A model generated the notes under the pieces. The model saw only the letters and a list, made by a program, of their open reading frames with translations, made no database searches and was not told the origin of the DNA. Made by a program: the position numbers and the translations under genes. DNA of 64,000 bases from Longimicrobiales bacterium (GTDB lineage Bacteria > Gemmatimonadota > Gemmatimonadetes > Longimicrobiales > Gaopeijiaceae). The first letter of the stretch is position 1; each line of letters begins with the position of its first letter. The stretch lies in assembly GCA_965219445.1 (NCBI GenBank), contig CBDCNQ010000002.1, positions 704,001 through 768,000 on the forward strand, given 5' to 3'. Positions 27,447-38,333 of this stretch are shown here, piece by piece.

Positions 27447-30088
27447 GCGGATTGCAGAAATCCTTCCTCCACTCCCTCGTGTATGTGCTCGAACTCCACC
27501 TGCAACTCTTCGCCCGGCACCAGAGACACCCGAATCGTCGAGCCCTCCTCCACCTCTTCCTCGAGGAGATACATGGCCAGCGGGTCCTGGATTCGGCGCT
27601 GGATCACACGCTTGAGCGGGCGCGCACCGAACGCCGGATCGAAGCCCTCACGGGCCAAGGCGTCCTTGACCTCTTCGCCAATCGAGAGAGCCATGCCCAA
27701 CTCCGTTACCAACTCCTCCACACGCCGAAGCTGCAGCTCCACAATGGTCCGCAGACTTTCCGTCGAGAGCGGCGAATAGACGATCACGTCGTCGACACGG
27801 TTAAGAAACTCGGGACGGAAATGACCGTGCAAGGCCTTCTTCACCGCATCGACCGCAGAGTCCCACTCGGCCGTTCCTAACCTCTCCGTCCCCAAACTCT
27901 CCAGGATGATCTGACTTCCCAGATTGGAGGTCATGATGATTACGGTGCTGCGGAAGTCGACGGTCCGCCCTTGTGAATCCGTGAGTCGCCCGTCGTCCAG
28001 AATCTGGAGGAGCACGTTGAACACCTCCGGATGCGCCTTCTCGATCTCATCGAACAGGATGACCGCGTGCGGCCGACGTCGGACGGCCTCCGTGAGCTGG
28101 CCCCCTTCTTCGAACCCCACGTAGCCCGGAGGCGCTCCGATCAGGCGCGCCACGGCATGCTTCTCCATGTATTCCGACATGTCGATGCGGGTCATCGCAC
28201 GCTCGTCGTCGAAGAGGAAGTCCGCGAGTGCGCGTGCGGTCTCGGTTTTCCCGACGCCCGTGGGCCCGAGGAAAATGAATGAGCCAACGGGTCGGTCGGG
28301 GTCCTGGAGACCCGTGCGGGCCCGCCGGACGGCGTTCGACACCGCTTGGATCGCCTCCGACTGGCCAACGACCCGTTCGCCAAGGAGATCCTCCAGCTGG
28401 CGTAGACGCTCCCGTTCCGTCTCCATCAACCGGGTCACCGGGATGCCGGTCCACTCGGCGACTACCTCCGCGATGTCGTCGGCGTCGACTTCCTCCTTGA
28501 GGAACTTGCCCTCGCGCTGGAGTTCCGCGAGACGCTCCTCGGCGACCGCGGCGGCTTGCTCCGTGCCCGGAATCTCCGAGTACTGGACCTCTGCGGCACG
28601 CTCCAGATTGCCGGTGCGTGCGGCACGCTCGGCCTCGACCCGAAGCTCGTCGAGACGCTCCTTCAGCCCCTGTAGCCTCTCGATGGCTTCCTTCTCGGAC
28701 TGCCAGCGCGCTTTCATGCCGGCGCTCCGTTCCTTGAGGTCCGCAAGCTCGGCGTCCACGCCGGCCAAGCGGTCCTGGGCGCTCTTCTCCACTTCGGTGC
28801 TGAGCGCCTGCCTCTCGATTTCGAGCTGTGTGATGCGGCGCTCCACCTCGTCGATCTCCTGGGGCATCGAGTCGATTTCTATACGGAGCCGGCTCCCGGC
28901 CTCGTCCACGAGGTCGATCGCCTTGTCGGGGAGAAAGCGGCCACCGATGTAACGGTCCGAAAGCTTGGCCGCCGCGACGATGGCGTCGTCCGTGATCCGA
29001 ACCCCGTGATGAACCTCATAGCGCTCCTTGAGCCCGCGAAGAATCGCCACCGTGTCCTCGACCGAGGGCGGGGCGACGTAAACGGGCTGGAACCGGCGCT
29101 CGAGAGCCGCGTCCTTCTCGACGTGTTTGCGGTATTCACTCAGTGTGGTCGCCCCCACGACCCGCAACTCGCCGCGGGCTAAGGCGGGCTTCAGCATGTT
29201 ACCGGCGTCGACGGCACCCTCGGCGCCCCCCGCTCCGACGAGCGTATGGAGCTCGTCGATGAAGATGATGAAGCGCCCTTCTCCCTCGATGACCTCTTTG
29301 AGAACGGCCTTCATTCGCTCTTCGAACTCCCCACGGTACTTGGCACCTGCGACCATGGCGGAGATGTCGAGCGCGAGCAGGCGCTTGTCCGCGAGAGAGG
29401 TCGGCACGTCGCCATTCACGATTCTCTGAGCGAGGCCCTCGGCGATGGCTGTCTTTCCTACGCCGGGCTCCCCGATCAGGACCGGGTTGTTCTTGGTGCG
29501 ACGCGCGAGGACCTTCATGACCCGACGGACCTCTTCGTCACGACCGATCACGGGATCGAGCTTTCCTTGGCGGGCCAGTGCGGTCAGATCCCGGCTGTAG
29601 CGCTCGAGGGCCTGGTACTTGTCCTCGGGGTTCTGGTCCGTGACCCGGTGTCCACCCCGCACGGCGCTAAGGGCTTCGAGAACCCGTTCCTGGGTCGCGC
29701 CCGCCTCTCTGAGTGCCTCTCCCGCGTCTCCCTTCTCCACCGTGAGAGCGAGGAGGAAGTGTTCCGTCGACACGTACTCGTCGCCCAGTGCCAGGGCCTG
29801 TTTCTCGGCTTCATCCAGGACGTCGTCGAGATCCCGGCTCAGGGTTGGATCCGAGCCGCCGGAAACCCGGCCGCGGGCGTCGAGCGCCGCCTCGACTCGT
29901 TCGCGCACGCTCGGCACGGCCGCACCCAGCTTCTGGAGCACGGGCAGGACGATCCCTTCTTCCTGGTGGAGGAGCACATGGAGCAAATGGGCGCCATCGA
30001 TCTCCGGGGCCTCGCGGCGGCGGGCTTCCTGCGAAGCACCCTGGAGGGCCTCCCCGGCCTTGACCGTCAGTCTATCGAAGCTCAGCAT
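27443..30088 (-). CDS. clpB: ATP-dependent disaggregase ClpB
   Basis: Two AAA modules ([16 protein letters not shown]), [10 protein letters not shown]-domain coiled coil, GAPPGYVG. Confidence 0.97.
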   Translation of the reverse strand: MLSFDRLTVKAGEALQGASQEARRREAPEIDGAHLLHVLLHQEEGIVLPVLQKLGAAVPSVRERVEAALDARGRVSGGSDPTLSRDLDDVLDEAEKQALALGDEYVSTEHFLLALTVEKGDAGEALREAGATQERVLEALSAVRGGHRVTDQNPEDKYQALERYSRDLTALARQGKLDPVIGRDEEVRRVMKVLARRTKNNPVLIGEPGVGKTAIAEGLAQRIVNGDVPTSLADKRLLALDISAMVAGAKYRGEFEERMKAVLKEVIEGEGRFIIFIDELHTLVGAGGAEGAVDAGNMLKPALARGELRVVGATTLSEYRKHVEKDAALERRFQPVYVAPPSVEDTVAILRGLKERYEVHHGVRITDDAIVAAAKLSDRYIGGRFLPDKAIDLVDEAGSRLRIEIDSMPQEIDEVERRITQLEIERQALSTEVEKSAQDRLAGVDAELADLKERSAGMKARWQSEKEAIERLQGLKERLDELRVEAERAARTGNLERAAEVQYSEIPGTEQAAAVAEERLAELQREGKFLKEEVDADDIAEVVAEWTGIPVTRLMETERERLRQLEDLLGERVVGQSEAIQAVSNAVRRARTGLQDPDRPVGSFIFLGPTGVGKTETARALADFLFDDERAMTRIDMSEYMEKHAVARLIGAPPGYVGFEEGGQLTEAVRRRPHAVILFDEIEKAHPEVFNVLLQILDDGRLTDSQGRTVDFRSTVIIMTSNLGSQIILESLGTERLGTAEWDSAVDAVKKALHGHFRPEFLNRVDDVIVYSPLSTESLRTIVELQLRRVEELVTELGMALSIGEEVKDALAREGFDPAFGARPLKRVIQRRIQDPLAMYLLEEEVEEGSTIRVSLVPGEELQVEFEHIHEGVEEGFLQSA

Positions 30089-30238
30089 CTTCTAGTTCTC
30101 CCGAGTCGTCCTGCCATTTTGGCATTATCGGAGCGCGCCTTCCGTCGACTTGACAGCGGTGGCCGCCAAAGCGGCCGGCCCTTGCCGCCAAAGCGGCTGA
30201 GGCAGCGCCTCCGACTGTTCGTAACGCCTGTAAGAGAC

Positions 30239-30253
30239 TCAAGATCCGGGCCA
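30239..30253 (-). promoter_or_regulatory. Sigma54-like -24/-12 element upstream of clpB
   Basis: Minus strand TGGCCCG-GATC-TTGA versus consensus TGGCACG-N4-TTGC. Confidence 0.5.
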
Positions 30254-30324
30254 AGATTGACCCGAGCTGGGGGCCGGCTCGGGGGCTAGACGGCCGTGGA
30301 AGAAGTCCAGTGGGCCGCGGCCTT

Positions 30325-31788
30325 CTAGGGCAGCCGCCCTCCCGCCACTCGCTTGAGCAGGGTTCCGCCGGCGATGGATTCGTCCAGCGTGCGGCGATTG
30401 ATCACGGCGACCTGCTCGTCGCTTACGGTGGACGGAAACCGGTCGATGAACTGCTGCAACGTCATTCTTGACTGAATCCGAACGATTTCGATGCGTGCCG
30501 GCTCGACCCCGAGGACGTCGGGGTCGCTCACGGGTCGGAAGCTCTCTAGGCTCCCGACCACCGTGCCCTCGTGGGAGCTCCATCGAGAAGCCGCGGCATA
30601 GCCCATCAGTCGGAAGACCGCCCCTCCGTGCTCCACAAAGAGGACCGCGCCCCGCAGTCCGCCCTGTTCGGTATCGGCCGCAAAGGACGCCTCCCACCCC
30701 GAGCGCCCGTTGACCGACGTCCGGCGAGAGTTGCCGCCGCGAATGCCGTCCTGCCTCAGGAAGGTCGAGAGCGCACTCTCCGCGTCGCTCTCCCCCGGCT
30801 CCACCGTCAGAACGATCAGGGCCGTCTCGTCAGAAGATATGGCCCCGACCTGCGATTTCTGGTTGACCGTCGTCCATCCCCTGGGGAAATCGAGCGCGAA
30901 CGCCATGTCGGGATGGTAGAAAATCTCCTCCTCGAAGTAGCCCTCCCTCGGGTCCGTACCGAAGGTCATGCCGTCGAGGCTCCGCAGGTACTCGTCGCCC
31001 CGTCGCGCATACTCCGAATAATCCTGCCCCGAGGCCGCGATGATCTCGCGGATGTCCCCCTCACGGTTTACGGGATCGGGGTGGGTGGTCGCCCACCCGG
31101 GAACGCTCCCCCCTCCACCCCCCGCTAACCCGAGCGTCTGGAAGACGCCCACCAGAGCGTTCGGATCGTATCCAGCCCGCGACATATAACGCACCCCGAG
31201 CTCGTCCGACTGGGACTCGTCTCCTCTGCTGTACCTCAGGTTGAGGAGTCCCAGGCCCACGGACAGCACCCCTGCTACGGAGGCCACGTCCGAGGAAAGG
31301 ATGGATCCGACGCCCAGACCGATCTGCTGGAGCTGCTGGCGGCTCATCTGGCTGGCGGAGTGGCGCGCCGTGACGTGCCCGATCTCGTGGCCGAGGACCC
31401 CGGCGAGCTCGGCCTCGGAGTTCAGGGCGGCCATGATCCCCCTCGTCACGAAGATGAATCCGCCCGGAAGCGCGAAGGCGTTCACCATCGGGTCGTCCAC
31501 CAGCTTGAAGGACCAGGGCAACTGGGGACGCTCCGAACGGGAAGCCAAGTCGGTCCCGATATTGGTGACCGCCGTTTGAAGCTCATCGGACTCGTATAGC
31601 CCGAGGGACTCGGTAATCGGCCCGTCGGCGTCGCGCCCCATCGCGATTTCCTCCGACTCGCTCATCAAGATGAACTGGCGCTGGCCCGTAGCCGGGTTCA
31701 CGGCGCACCCGGTTGCGGTCAACATTGGCGAAGCCAACAAGATCAATCCGACTACGAGATCCTGGACCCGATTCCGGATACGTGTCAT
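30325..31788 (-). CDS. M48 family metalloprotease lipoprotein
   Basis: TGCAVNPATG, NAFALPGG, HEIGH, YSRGDESQSD, THP. Confidence 0.92.
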   Translation of the reverse strand: MTRIRNRVQDLVVGLILLASPMLTATGCAVNPATGQRQFILMSESEEIAMGRDADGPITESLGLYESDELQTAVTNIGTDLASRSERPQLPWSFKLVDDPMVNAFALPGGFIFVTRGIMAALNSEAELAGVLGHEIGHVTARHSASQMSRQQLQQIGLGVGSILSSDVASVAGVLSVGLGLLNLRYSRGDESQSDELGVRYMSRAGYDPNALVGVFQTLGLAGGGGGSVPGWATTHPDPVNREGDIREIIAASGQDYSEYARRGDEYLRSLDGMTFGTDPREGYFEEEIFYHPDMAFALDFPRGWTTVNQKSQVGAISSDETALIVLTVEPGESDAESALSTFLRQDGIRGGNSRRTSVNGRSGWEASFAADTEQGGLRGAVLFVEHGGAVFRLMGYAAASRWSSHEGTVVGSLESFRPVSDPDVLGVEPARIEIVRIQSRMTLQQFIDRFPSTVSDEQVAVINRRTLDESIAGGTLLKRVAGGRLP

Positions 31789-31947
31789 GAGCCTCTTCCT
31801 CCGGCTGAATCAGTCTTGCCTGGGGTGCTCAAACATAAGGCTGATGTACGTTGGAGTGATACTGAAACGCGGGATCGTATCTTCTTGACGCGCGATGCGG
31901 GGCGCACGAGCTTCCGCTCACCAGAGCGCACCTACCCGCGTACCAAC

Positions 31948-32397
31948 ATGATTGTAGCGCCCAACATCGTTGGCAGCCCCCACCCTCTCCGAGTGCGTCT
32001 TCCACGCCGACGGCCGAGCACCTTCGCCTTCATGGTCGCCGTGACCCTGTGTTGGTCCTGTCGTGGTGGTACCACTGAGGTGGCCGAAGATACGGCTGGG
32101 CGAGAGGCGTTCATCGGAGCCTACCTGGACCTGCGCACCGCCGCTCTGCTTTCGGGAACAACGGACCTCGGGGATGAAGTTCGCGACAGCATTCTGGCGG
32201 CACATGACGTCACCGGGCAGGATCTGATCGACTTCATCGATTTGCATGGAGAGGATATCGAGTTCATGCGGGACCTCTGGACCGAGCTCGAGGCGGGCAT
32301 GGCCGAGCGTTTCGAAGCAAACGCCCCCGAGGAGGACGACGAGGCGACCGACGGAGCCGAAGAGATCGAAGATGGGGATGCCGGAGTTTCGCCGTAG
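31948..32397 (+). CDS. Hypothetical protein, possible lipoprotein with acidic tail
   Basis: Hydrophobic stretch ending CWSC, then a helical domain and D/E tail; fills the gap between the M48 gene and guaA. Start uncertain. Confidence 0.6.
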   Translation: MIVAPNIVGSPHPLRVRLPRRRPSTFAFMVAVTLCWSCRGGTTEVAEDTAGREAFIGAYLDLRTAALLSGTTDLGDEVRDSILAAHDVTGQDLIDFIDLHGEDIEFMRDLWTELEAGMAERFEANAPEEDDEATDGAEEIEDGDAGVSP

Positions 32398-32400
32398 CCC

Positions 32401-33945
32401 CTACTCCCACTCGATGGTTGCGGGCGGCTTGGACGACACGTCGTAACACACGCGGTTCACACCCTCGACTTCATTTCCGATCCGGGATGAAATCCGCCCG
32501 AGAACCTCATCCGGGAACGGATACCAGTCCGCCGTCATCCCGTCCCGGGAGGTCACCGCGCGGAGAGCGATCACGTTCTCATACGTGCGATTGTCCCCCA
32601 TCACCCCCACCGCCTGGACGGGGAGAAGGACTGCGAAGGCTTGCCAGATCTCGTCATATATTCCCGCCGATTTGATCTCATCGAGATAGATCTCGTCGGC
32701 CTCTCGGAGCACGTCGAGTCGCTCCTTGGTCACGGATCCAAGTACTCGGATGCCCAGCCCGGGGCCGGGGAACGGGTGCCGGCGTATGAACTCCTCCGGC
32801 AGGCCGAGCTCCCGACCTACCTGGCGGACTTCGTCCTTGAAGAGTTCGCGAAGCGGCTCGATGAGCTCGAACGGCAGATCTTCCGGAAGGCCGCCGACAT
32901 TGTGATGGGTCTTGATGGTCTCCGACGGCCCCCCCGTCGAAAGGGACTCGATCACGTCCGGGTAGAGCGTTCCCTGCACCAGGTGACCCGCTCCGGTGCC
33001 CTCCTCCGCGGCGACCCGAGTGAACACATCGATGAACACATGACCGATGCGCCTACGCTTCTCTTCAGGGTCTTCGACGCCCTCGAGCGCCGCGAGGAAC
33101 TCGTCCGCCGCGTCGATGGCCACGAGACGGACCCCCATGTGCTTACGGAACGTTCGCTCGACGTCCTCCCGCTCGTGTTTTCGAAGGAGCCCGTTGTCGA
33201 CGAAGATGCACGTCAGCCGGTCTCCGATCGCCCGGTGAACCAGGGCAGCGGCCACGGAGGAGTCGACACCACCCGACAGCCCGCAGATAGCCGATTCGTC
33301 GCCCACCGTGGATCGAATTTCCTCTACCGACTCCACTATGAAAGCGCCCGCGGTCCAGGTGGGGCGGCACCCGCAGATGCGGATCAGGAAATTCGAAATG
33401 ATCTCCTCGCCTCGGACCGTATGTGCCACCTCGGGATGGAACTGAACCCCGAAGACGGGGCGCTCCACATGCCGAAACGCCGCCACCGGCAGAGTCGCGG
33501 TCGAGGCCAGAGCACGATAGTCCTCGGGTGCTTGATCGACGTGATCGGCGTGCGAGCACCACACCTGCGTGGGGTCATCCGGAAGAAATCCGTGGAACAG
33601 GTCCCCCGGCTCGATCACGTTCAGTTCGGCACGGCCGTACTCCCGGCGTCCGACGGCAACCTCACTGCCCTCCAGCTGCGCGATCATTTGCATCCCGTAA
33701 CAGATCCCCAAAATCGGAACACCCAAGTGGAGAAGCTCGGGGTCCGTCGTGGGGACGCCCTCGTCGTAGACCGAGGCCGGGCCGCCCGACAGGATGATTC
33801 CCTTGGGAGACCACTCCCGAATCCAGTCCAGGGATCGAGTCGGGGGGTGGATCTCGGAATACACCCGCTCCTCGCGGATGCGACGGGCGATGAGTTGTGT
33901 GTATTGGGAGCCGAAATCGAGTATGAGGATGCGATCGTGCCTCAC
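32401..33945 (-). CDS. guaA: GMP synthase (glutamine-hydrolysing)
   Basis: [44 protein letters not shown]. Confidence 0.98.
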   Translation of the reverse strand: MRHDRILILDFGSQYTQLIARRIREERVYSEIHPPTRSLDWIREWSPKGIILSGGPASVYDEGVPTTDPELLHLGVPILGICYGMQMIAQLEGSEVAVGRREYGRAELNVIEPGDLFHGFLPDDPTQVWCSHADHVDQAPEDYRALASTATLPVAAFRHVERPVFGVQFHPEVAHTVRGEEIISNFLIRICGCRPTWTAGAFIVESVEEIRSTVGDESAICGLSGGVDSSVAAALVHRAIGDRLTCIFVDNGLLRKHEREDVERTFRKHMGVRLVAIDAADEFLAALEGVEDPEEKRRRIGHVFIDVFTRVAAEEGTGAGHLVQGTLYPDVIESLSTGGPSETIKTHHNVGGLPEDLPFELIEPLRELFKDEVRQVGRELGLPEEFIRRHPFPGPGLGIRVLGSVTKERLDVLREADEIYLDEIKSAGIYDEIWQAFAVLLPVQAVGVMGDNRTYENVIALRAVTSRDGMTADWYPFPDEVLGRISSRIGNEVEGVNRVCYDVSSKPPATIEWE

Positions 33946-35198
33946 GCCGTCTCCCCCCGGAGCAAATCGTCGAAACTCTCGCGGCGGCGAGCCAGCGTAA
34001 CCTCGGCACCGTCCACCACGACCTCGGCGGGCCTTGGCCGAGCGTTGTAGTTGGACGCCATCACGAAGCCATACGCACCTACTGTATGCACGGCAAGAAG
34101 GTCATGGTGAGCCGGCATCGGAAGCATCCGGTCCCGTGCGAGGAAATCGCCGGTCTCGCAGATCGGACCGACGACGTCCACGACTTCGTGGGACGCACCT
34201 TCGCGCGAGACCACCGGCTCGATCCGATGAAATCCTTGGTAGTGGCTCGGACGTATGAGGTCCGTCATTCCACAGTCCGTGATCACGAACGTCTTCGGCC
34301 CCGAGTGCTTCACGTAAAGCACCTCGGTTACGAGGATTCCCGCCTCGCCTATGATGAACCGTCCGGGCTCCAAGATCAGGCGCAACCCCGTCTCGGCCAC
34401 CCGCGGTAAGACCATGGCCGCCAGGTCCTCGACGGACAGGCCGTCATCGTCCTCGTAACCGACGCCAAACCCACCGCCGAGATCCAAGAAATGGAGATCG
34501 ATGCCCTCCGCACGCACCTGCTCCGCCAGGTTCAAAACCTCGTTGAGTGCCCTTTCGTAGGGCGCCGACTCGAGGATCTGAGAGCCGATGTGGACGTCGA
34601 TCCCCCGGATCTCGAGCGTGGGTTGGTCGGCAGCCCAGCGATATAGGTCCAGGACGCGATCCACGGGGATCCCGAACTTGGTGGCACCGTGCCCGGTGCG
34701 AGTGTACTCGTGAGGGGTATCCGCCACGATGTCCGGATTGACCCGAAGCGACACCGGCGCAGGTTTGCCCACCCGCGCCGCCACCTGGCCGAGCGCCTCG
34801 AGCTCCTCTGCACTCTCGACGTTGAACGCGAGGATCCCAACGTCCAGTGCGGCCTCCATCTCCGCCTCGGTCTTTCCCACTCCGGCGAACACCAGATCCT
34901 TCCCGGAAAACCCTGCGGCAAGGCACCGGTGGAGCTCACCCTGGCTGACGATATCCGCCCCCGCACCGAGGGCCCTGAGTCGCCTGAGAATTTCCAGATT
35001 GGAGTTGGCCTTGACCGAGTAAGCGAGCAGAAGGTCCACTCCCGCAAAAGCCGCCTCGATCCGCCTATAGGCGGCCTCCATCACTCCGACGTCGTATACG
35101 TACAAGGGCGAACCGAACTCGGCGACCAAATCGGCAACCCTACGCTCGCCGGCCCACAACTCGCCGTCGATACGCGGAAAGGGCTGCGTCACGGCCAT
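33942..35198 (-). CDS. lysA: Diaminopimelate decarboxylase
   Basis: [44 protein letters not shown]. Start set to ATG35198. Confidence 0.95.
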   Translation of the reverse strand: MAVTQPFPRIDGELWAGERRVADLVAEFGSPLYVYDVGVMEAAYRRIEAAFAGVDLLLAYSVKANSNLEILRRLRALGAGADIVSQGELHRCLAAGFSGKDLVFAGVGKTEAEMEAALDVGILAFNVESAEELEALGQVAARVGKPAPVSLRVNPDIVADTPHEYTRTGHGATKFGIPVDRVLDLYRWAADQPTLEIRGIDVHIGSQILESAPYERALNEVLNLAEQVRAEGIDLHFLDLGGGFGVGYEDDDGLSVEDLAAMVLPRVAETGLRLILEPGRFIIGEAGILVTEVLYVKHSGPKTFVITDCGMTDLIRPSHYQGFHRIEPVVSREGASHEVVDVVGPICETGDFLARDRMLPMPAHHDLLAVHTVGAYGFVMASNYNARPRPAEVVVDGAEVTLARRRESFDDLLRGETA

Positions 35199-35214
35199 GC
35201 GGTACTGCTCGGCG

Positions 35215-36675
35215 TCAATACGCTCTTGCCCACACGACCTCCATGGTGGCGTCCCCGTCGCCCCCGATGCACCTCGAGGGCGCCTCTGCGGATCGAAACT
35301 CTTCTCCCGGGATGCATCGGAGTGTGGCCTTCGTTTCTTCCTTGACGCGTTCCTCGACGGCGGGGTCTCCGCTCCACCCCGTGTAAACGTAACCACCGGA
35401 GGCATCCATGATCTCGGCGAGCTCGCCCATGCTCTCCACGCCGCGATGGGAATTGTCCTCCCGACGGGCTTTCGCGGCCTCCAGGAGCTGCGCCTGAAAG
35501 TTGTCGAGCCGCTCCGGAATCGTCGCAAGCGCCTCAGCCTCCGGTAAGAACTCCTTCCGGGGATCATCCTCCGCGCTCACGCGCTTTGCCAGAACCACCT
35601 GCTCCTGCTCCATGTCCCTCGGCCCGATCTCCATCCGGAGGGGGACGCCCTTTCGCTCCCATTCGTAGTACTTGCTACCCGGATTCAAGTGCTCCCGGGC
35701 GTCGACCTTGGCGCGCACACCTCGATCCGCCAAGGCAGTCCGAAGAGCCTCTGCCTTCTCGAGGACGGGAGCGACATCGTCACCCTTGAGGATCGGCACG
35801 ACCACCACCTGGATCGGCGCCAGTTTGGGGGGCAGCACAAGCCCGGAGTCGTCGCCGTGCGTCATTACCAGACCCCCCACCAGGCGCGTGGATACGCCCC
35901 ACGACGTGTTCCAGCCGTGCTCCTCCTTGCCCTCTTCGGATTGGAAGGTGAGTGCAAACTGCTTGGAGAAGTTCTGGCCGAGGAAGTGTGACGTACCGGC
36001 CTGGAGCGCCTTATTGTCCTGCATCATGGCTTCACAGGAGTAACTGCGAACCGCACCGGCGAACTTCTCGGCATCGGACTTGAGACCGGTGACCGGCGGC
36101 ATGGCCATCCACTCCTCCATGAACGTCCGGTATACACCCAGCATCCGCAGCGTGTGCTCCTCCGCATCGTCTGCCGTGGCGTGTACCGTATGACCTTCCT
36201 GCCAAAGGAACTCGGACGTGCGAAGGAACAGACGTGTGCGTAGCTCCCAGCGCATCACGTTCGCCCACTGATTCAGGAGCAACGGGAGATCGCGGTAGCT
36301 CTGGATCCACTTCCCGTACATCGACATGATGACCGTCTCGGAAGTGGGTCGCACCACCAGCGGCTCCTCGAGCTCTTTTCCACCGGCATGCGTTACGACC
36401 GCCAACTCCGGCTTGAACCCCTCGATATGCTCCTTCTCCTTCTCGATGAAGCTCATCGGTATCAGGAGTGGGAAGTACGCGTTCTCATGCCCTGTGGCCT
36501 TGAACATGTCGTCCAGGGCTCGCTGCATGTTTTCCCAGATCGAGTAACCCCACGGGCGGATGACCATGCACCCCTTGACCGGGGCGTAATCGGCGAGTTC
36601 CGACCGGAGCACCAACTGGTTGTACCACGCCGCGAAGTCCTCGCCGCGGGGCGTCAGCTTCTTATCGTCCGCCAT
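35215..36675 (-). CDS. proS: Proline--tRNA ligase, archaeal/eukaryote-like type
   Basis: VRPTSET, FLRTSEFLWQEGHT, QAGTSHFLGQNF, TSWGVSTR, C-terminal ARAY; no INS editing domain. Confidence 0.96.
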   Translation of the reverse strand: MADDKKLTPRGEDFAAWYNQLVLRSELADYAPVKGCMVIRPWGYSIWENMQRALDDMFKATGHENAYFPLLIPMSFIEKEKEHIEGFKPELAVVTHAGGKELEEPLVVRPTSETVIMSMYGKWIQSYRDLPLLLNQWANVMRWELRTRLFLRTSEFLWQEGHTVHATADDAEEHTLRMLGVYRTFMEEWMAMPPVTGLKSDAEKFAGAVRSYSCEAMMQDNKALQAGTSHFLGQNFSKQFALTFQSEEGKEEHGWNTSWGVSTRLVGGLVMTHGDDSGLVLPPKLAPIQVVVVPILKGDDVAPVLEKAEALRTALADRGVRAKVDAREHLNPGSKYYEWERKGVPLRMEIGPRDMEQEQVVLAKRVSAEDDPRKEFLPEAEALATIPERLDNFQAQLLEAAKARREDNSHRGVESMGELAEIMDASGGYVYTGWSGDPAVEERVKEETKATLRCIPGEEFRSAEAPSRCIGGDGDATMEVVWARAY

Positions 36676-36985
36676 CGTCGCTCTGTTCAGTGATAACGTG
36701 GGTCGGGGCGTTATCGGCGGTTCCATTGGTGCCGCGGGAACCAGAGCGGCGCTCCCGCCTCAGCACGACCCAACCGGGCACAGTGAAGAACAGGAGTGAC
36801 GAAATAGCCCACGTGGGCCTGAACGGGGCACCGGTCAAACTCTCGACCATCCACGCCGCGAGCGCCCCAGCAAGCAGCGCGAGCGCCATCGCAACACCCA
36901 GGATCACATACTCCAAGACGTTCAATCGGCGGATGGCCACCACCATCATCCGCCTCGTCTCGGGATGTTCGTCGCCGCTGGTCAT
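36662..36985 (-). CDS. Small two-TM membrane protein
   Basis: Start overlaps the hisS stop (ATGA); two hydrophobic helices. Confidence 0.7.
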   Translation of the reverse strand: MTSGDEHPETRRMMVVAIRRLNVLEYVILGVAMALALLAGALAAWMVESLTGAPFRPTWAISSLLFFTVPGWVVLRRERRSGSRGTNGTADNAPTHVITEQSDDGGR

Positions 36986-38265
36986 TGAAGCTCCCTCAGC
37001 GGGACCTCTCGCTCCGCGCCCGAGGCCATGTCCCTCAGGACTGCACATTCTCGAGCGACTTCGTCCGGTCCCAGCACGATTACTTCGCGAGCACCTGCAT
37101 TGCCCGCCGCCGTGAACTGCTTCCGAACCGGCTGCTCGTGAAGCGAGTACTGGACGCCGGCTCCTCGATCACGCTGCGCATGCGCGATGCCATAGGCGAG
37201 CTCGCGGTGCTCTTCTCCGATGATCACGATGAAGTAGTCCAGTTCCGGCGCCACCACGGGTGCAAGATCCCGGTCACGGAGCAGCTCGCCGAGCACGACA
37301 TCGCCCATCCCGAAACCCACGGCGGGAAGGGGGTCACCTCCGACCAACTCGAGCAAACGATCGTATCGCCCACCCCCGCAGATCGCTCTTGACTCTCCCC
37401 TGCGGTCGAAGATTTCGAACACGATTCCGGTGTAATATGCCAAGCCCCGGACAATGCGAAGGTCGAACTCGATAAAGGGCCCAAGCCCCATGGCCGTCAA
37501 CCCACCGAAGTACTCCTCCATACGGTCCAGCTCGGCGGCGACTGCTTCGAGATCGCCAAACTCCGCTTTGATGCCGTCGACACCGCCCTCGTTGAGCAGC
37601 TCGAACGTGGACTGCGCACGGGCTTCGTCCAGGCCCACCTCCACCTGAAGGCGATCCAGAGAGTGGTCCGCACGCGTCCGCTCGATTTTGTCGATGATCG
37701 TGAAAGCCGCCGGAAGCCGCTCCGCCTCGACGCCAATCGCCGACAAGACCTCGGCTAGAAGCCGCCGATCCGAGACCCGGGCGTGCACGTCTTCATGATC
37801 GAGCCCGAGGTCGCGGAGACCGTCGAGGGCCACCGCAACCACCTCGACATCCGCCCCGACACCGTCCTCGCCGATCACATCCACATTCCACTGAAAGTGT
37901 TCCCGGAGACGCCCCTTCTGCTGGCGCTCGTAGCGAAACAGCTGGGGGACCGAAAACCATCGAATCGGCTTTGCCATCGACCGATGGCGCTCGCCGAGGA
38001 TCCTGGCCAGGGAAGGCGTCATCTCCGGCCTCAGGGCGACGTCACGATCACCCTTGTCCTGGAAATGATAGAGTTGGCCGACAATCTCCTCGCCACTCTT
38101 TTCCACGTACAGATCGAGAAGCTCGAGCGGTGGGCCGTCGTATTCCCGAAATCCATAACGGGCCGAGACGCGGCGCCAGGCGCCCAAAATATGCTCACGG
38201 AACGCCAGCTCCTCGGGAAGGAAATCCCGAAATCCCGGAAGCCGGGCGAAGGTCTGCTTGGACAT
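36982..38265 (-). CDS. hisS: Histidine--tRNA ligase
   Basis: PGFRDF, LRPEMTPS, RYERQQKGRLREHFQ, RGLAYYTG, GGGRYD, anticodon-binding domain. Confidence 0.96.
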   Translation of the reverse strand: MSKQTFARLPGFRDFLPEELAFREHILGAWRRVSARYGFREYDGPPLELLDLYVEKSGEEIVGQLYHFQDKGDRDVALRPEMTPSLARILGERHRSMAKPIRWFSVPQLFRYERQQKGRLREHFQWNVDVIGEDGVGADVEVVAVALDGLRDLGLDHEDVHARVSDRRLLAEVLSAIGVEAERLPAAFTIIDKIERTRADHSLDRLQVEVGLDEARAQSTFELLNEGGVDGIKAEFGDLEAVAAELDRMEEYFGGLTAMGLGPFIEFDLRIVRGLAYYTGIVFEIFDRRGESRAICGGGRYDRLLELVGGDPLPAVGFGMGDVVLGELLRDRDLAPVVAPELDYFIVIIGEEHRELAYGIAHAQRDRGAGVQYSLHEQPVRKQFTAAGNAGAREVIVLGPDEVARECAVLRDMASGAEREVPLRELQ

Positions 38266-38333
38266 GCGGGCGAATCTAAACCTACGGTCGGGAAAGTACA
38301 GTGGAAGCGAACCCGTCTAGCGCGGAAAGGCCC

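Noticed and set aside
32641..34050. 469-aa plus-strand ORF
   Set aside because: Antisense shadow of guaA, expected in high-GC coding DNA; no motifs.
35199..35567. Long N-terminal extension of the lysA ORF
   Set aside because: It overlaps the proS 3' end and is Arg-rich shadow sequence; LysA starts at ATG35198.
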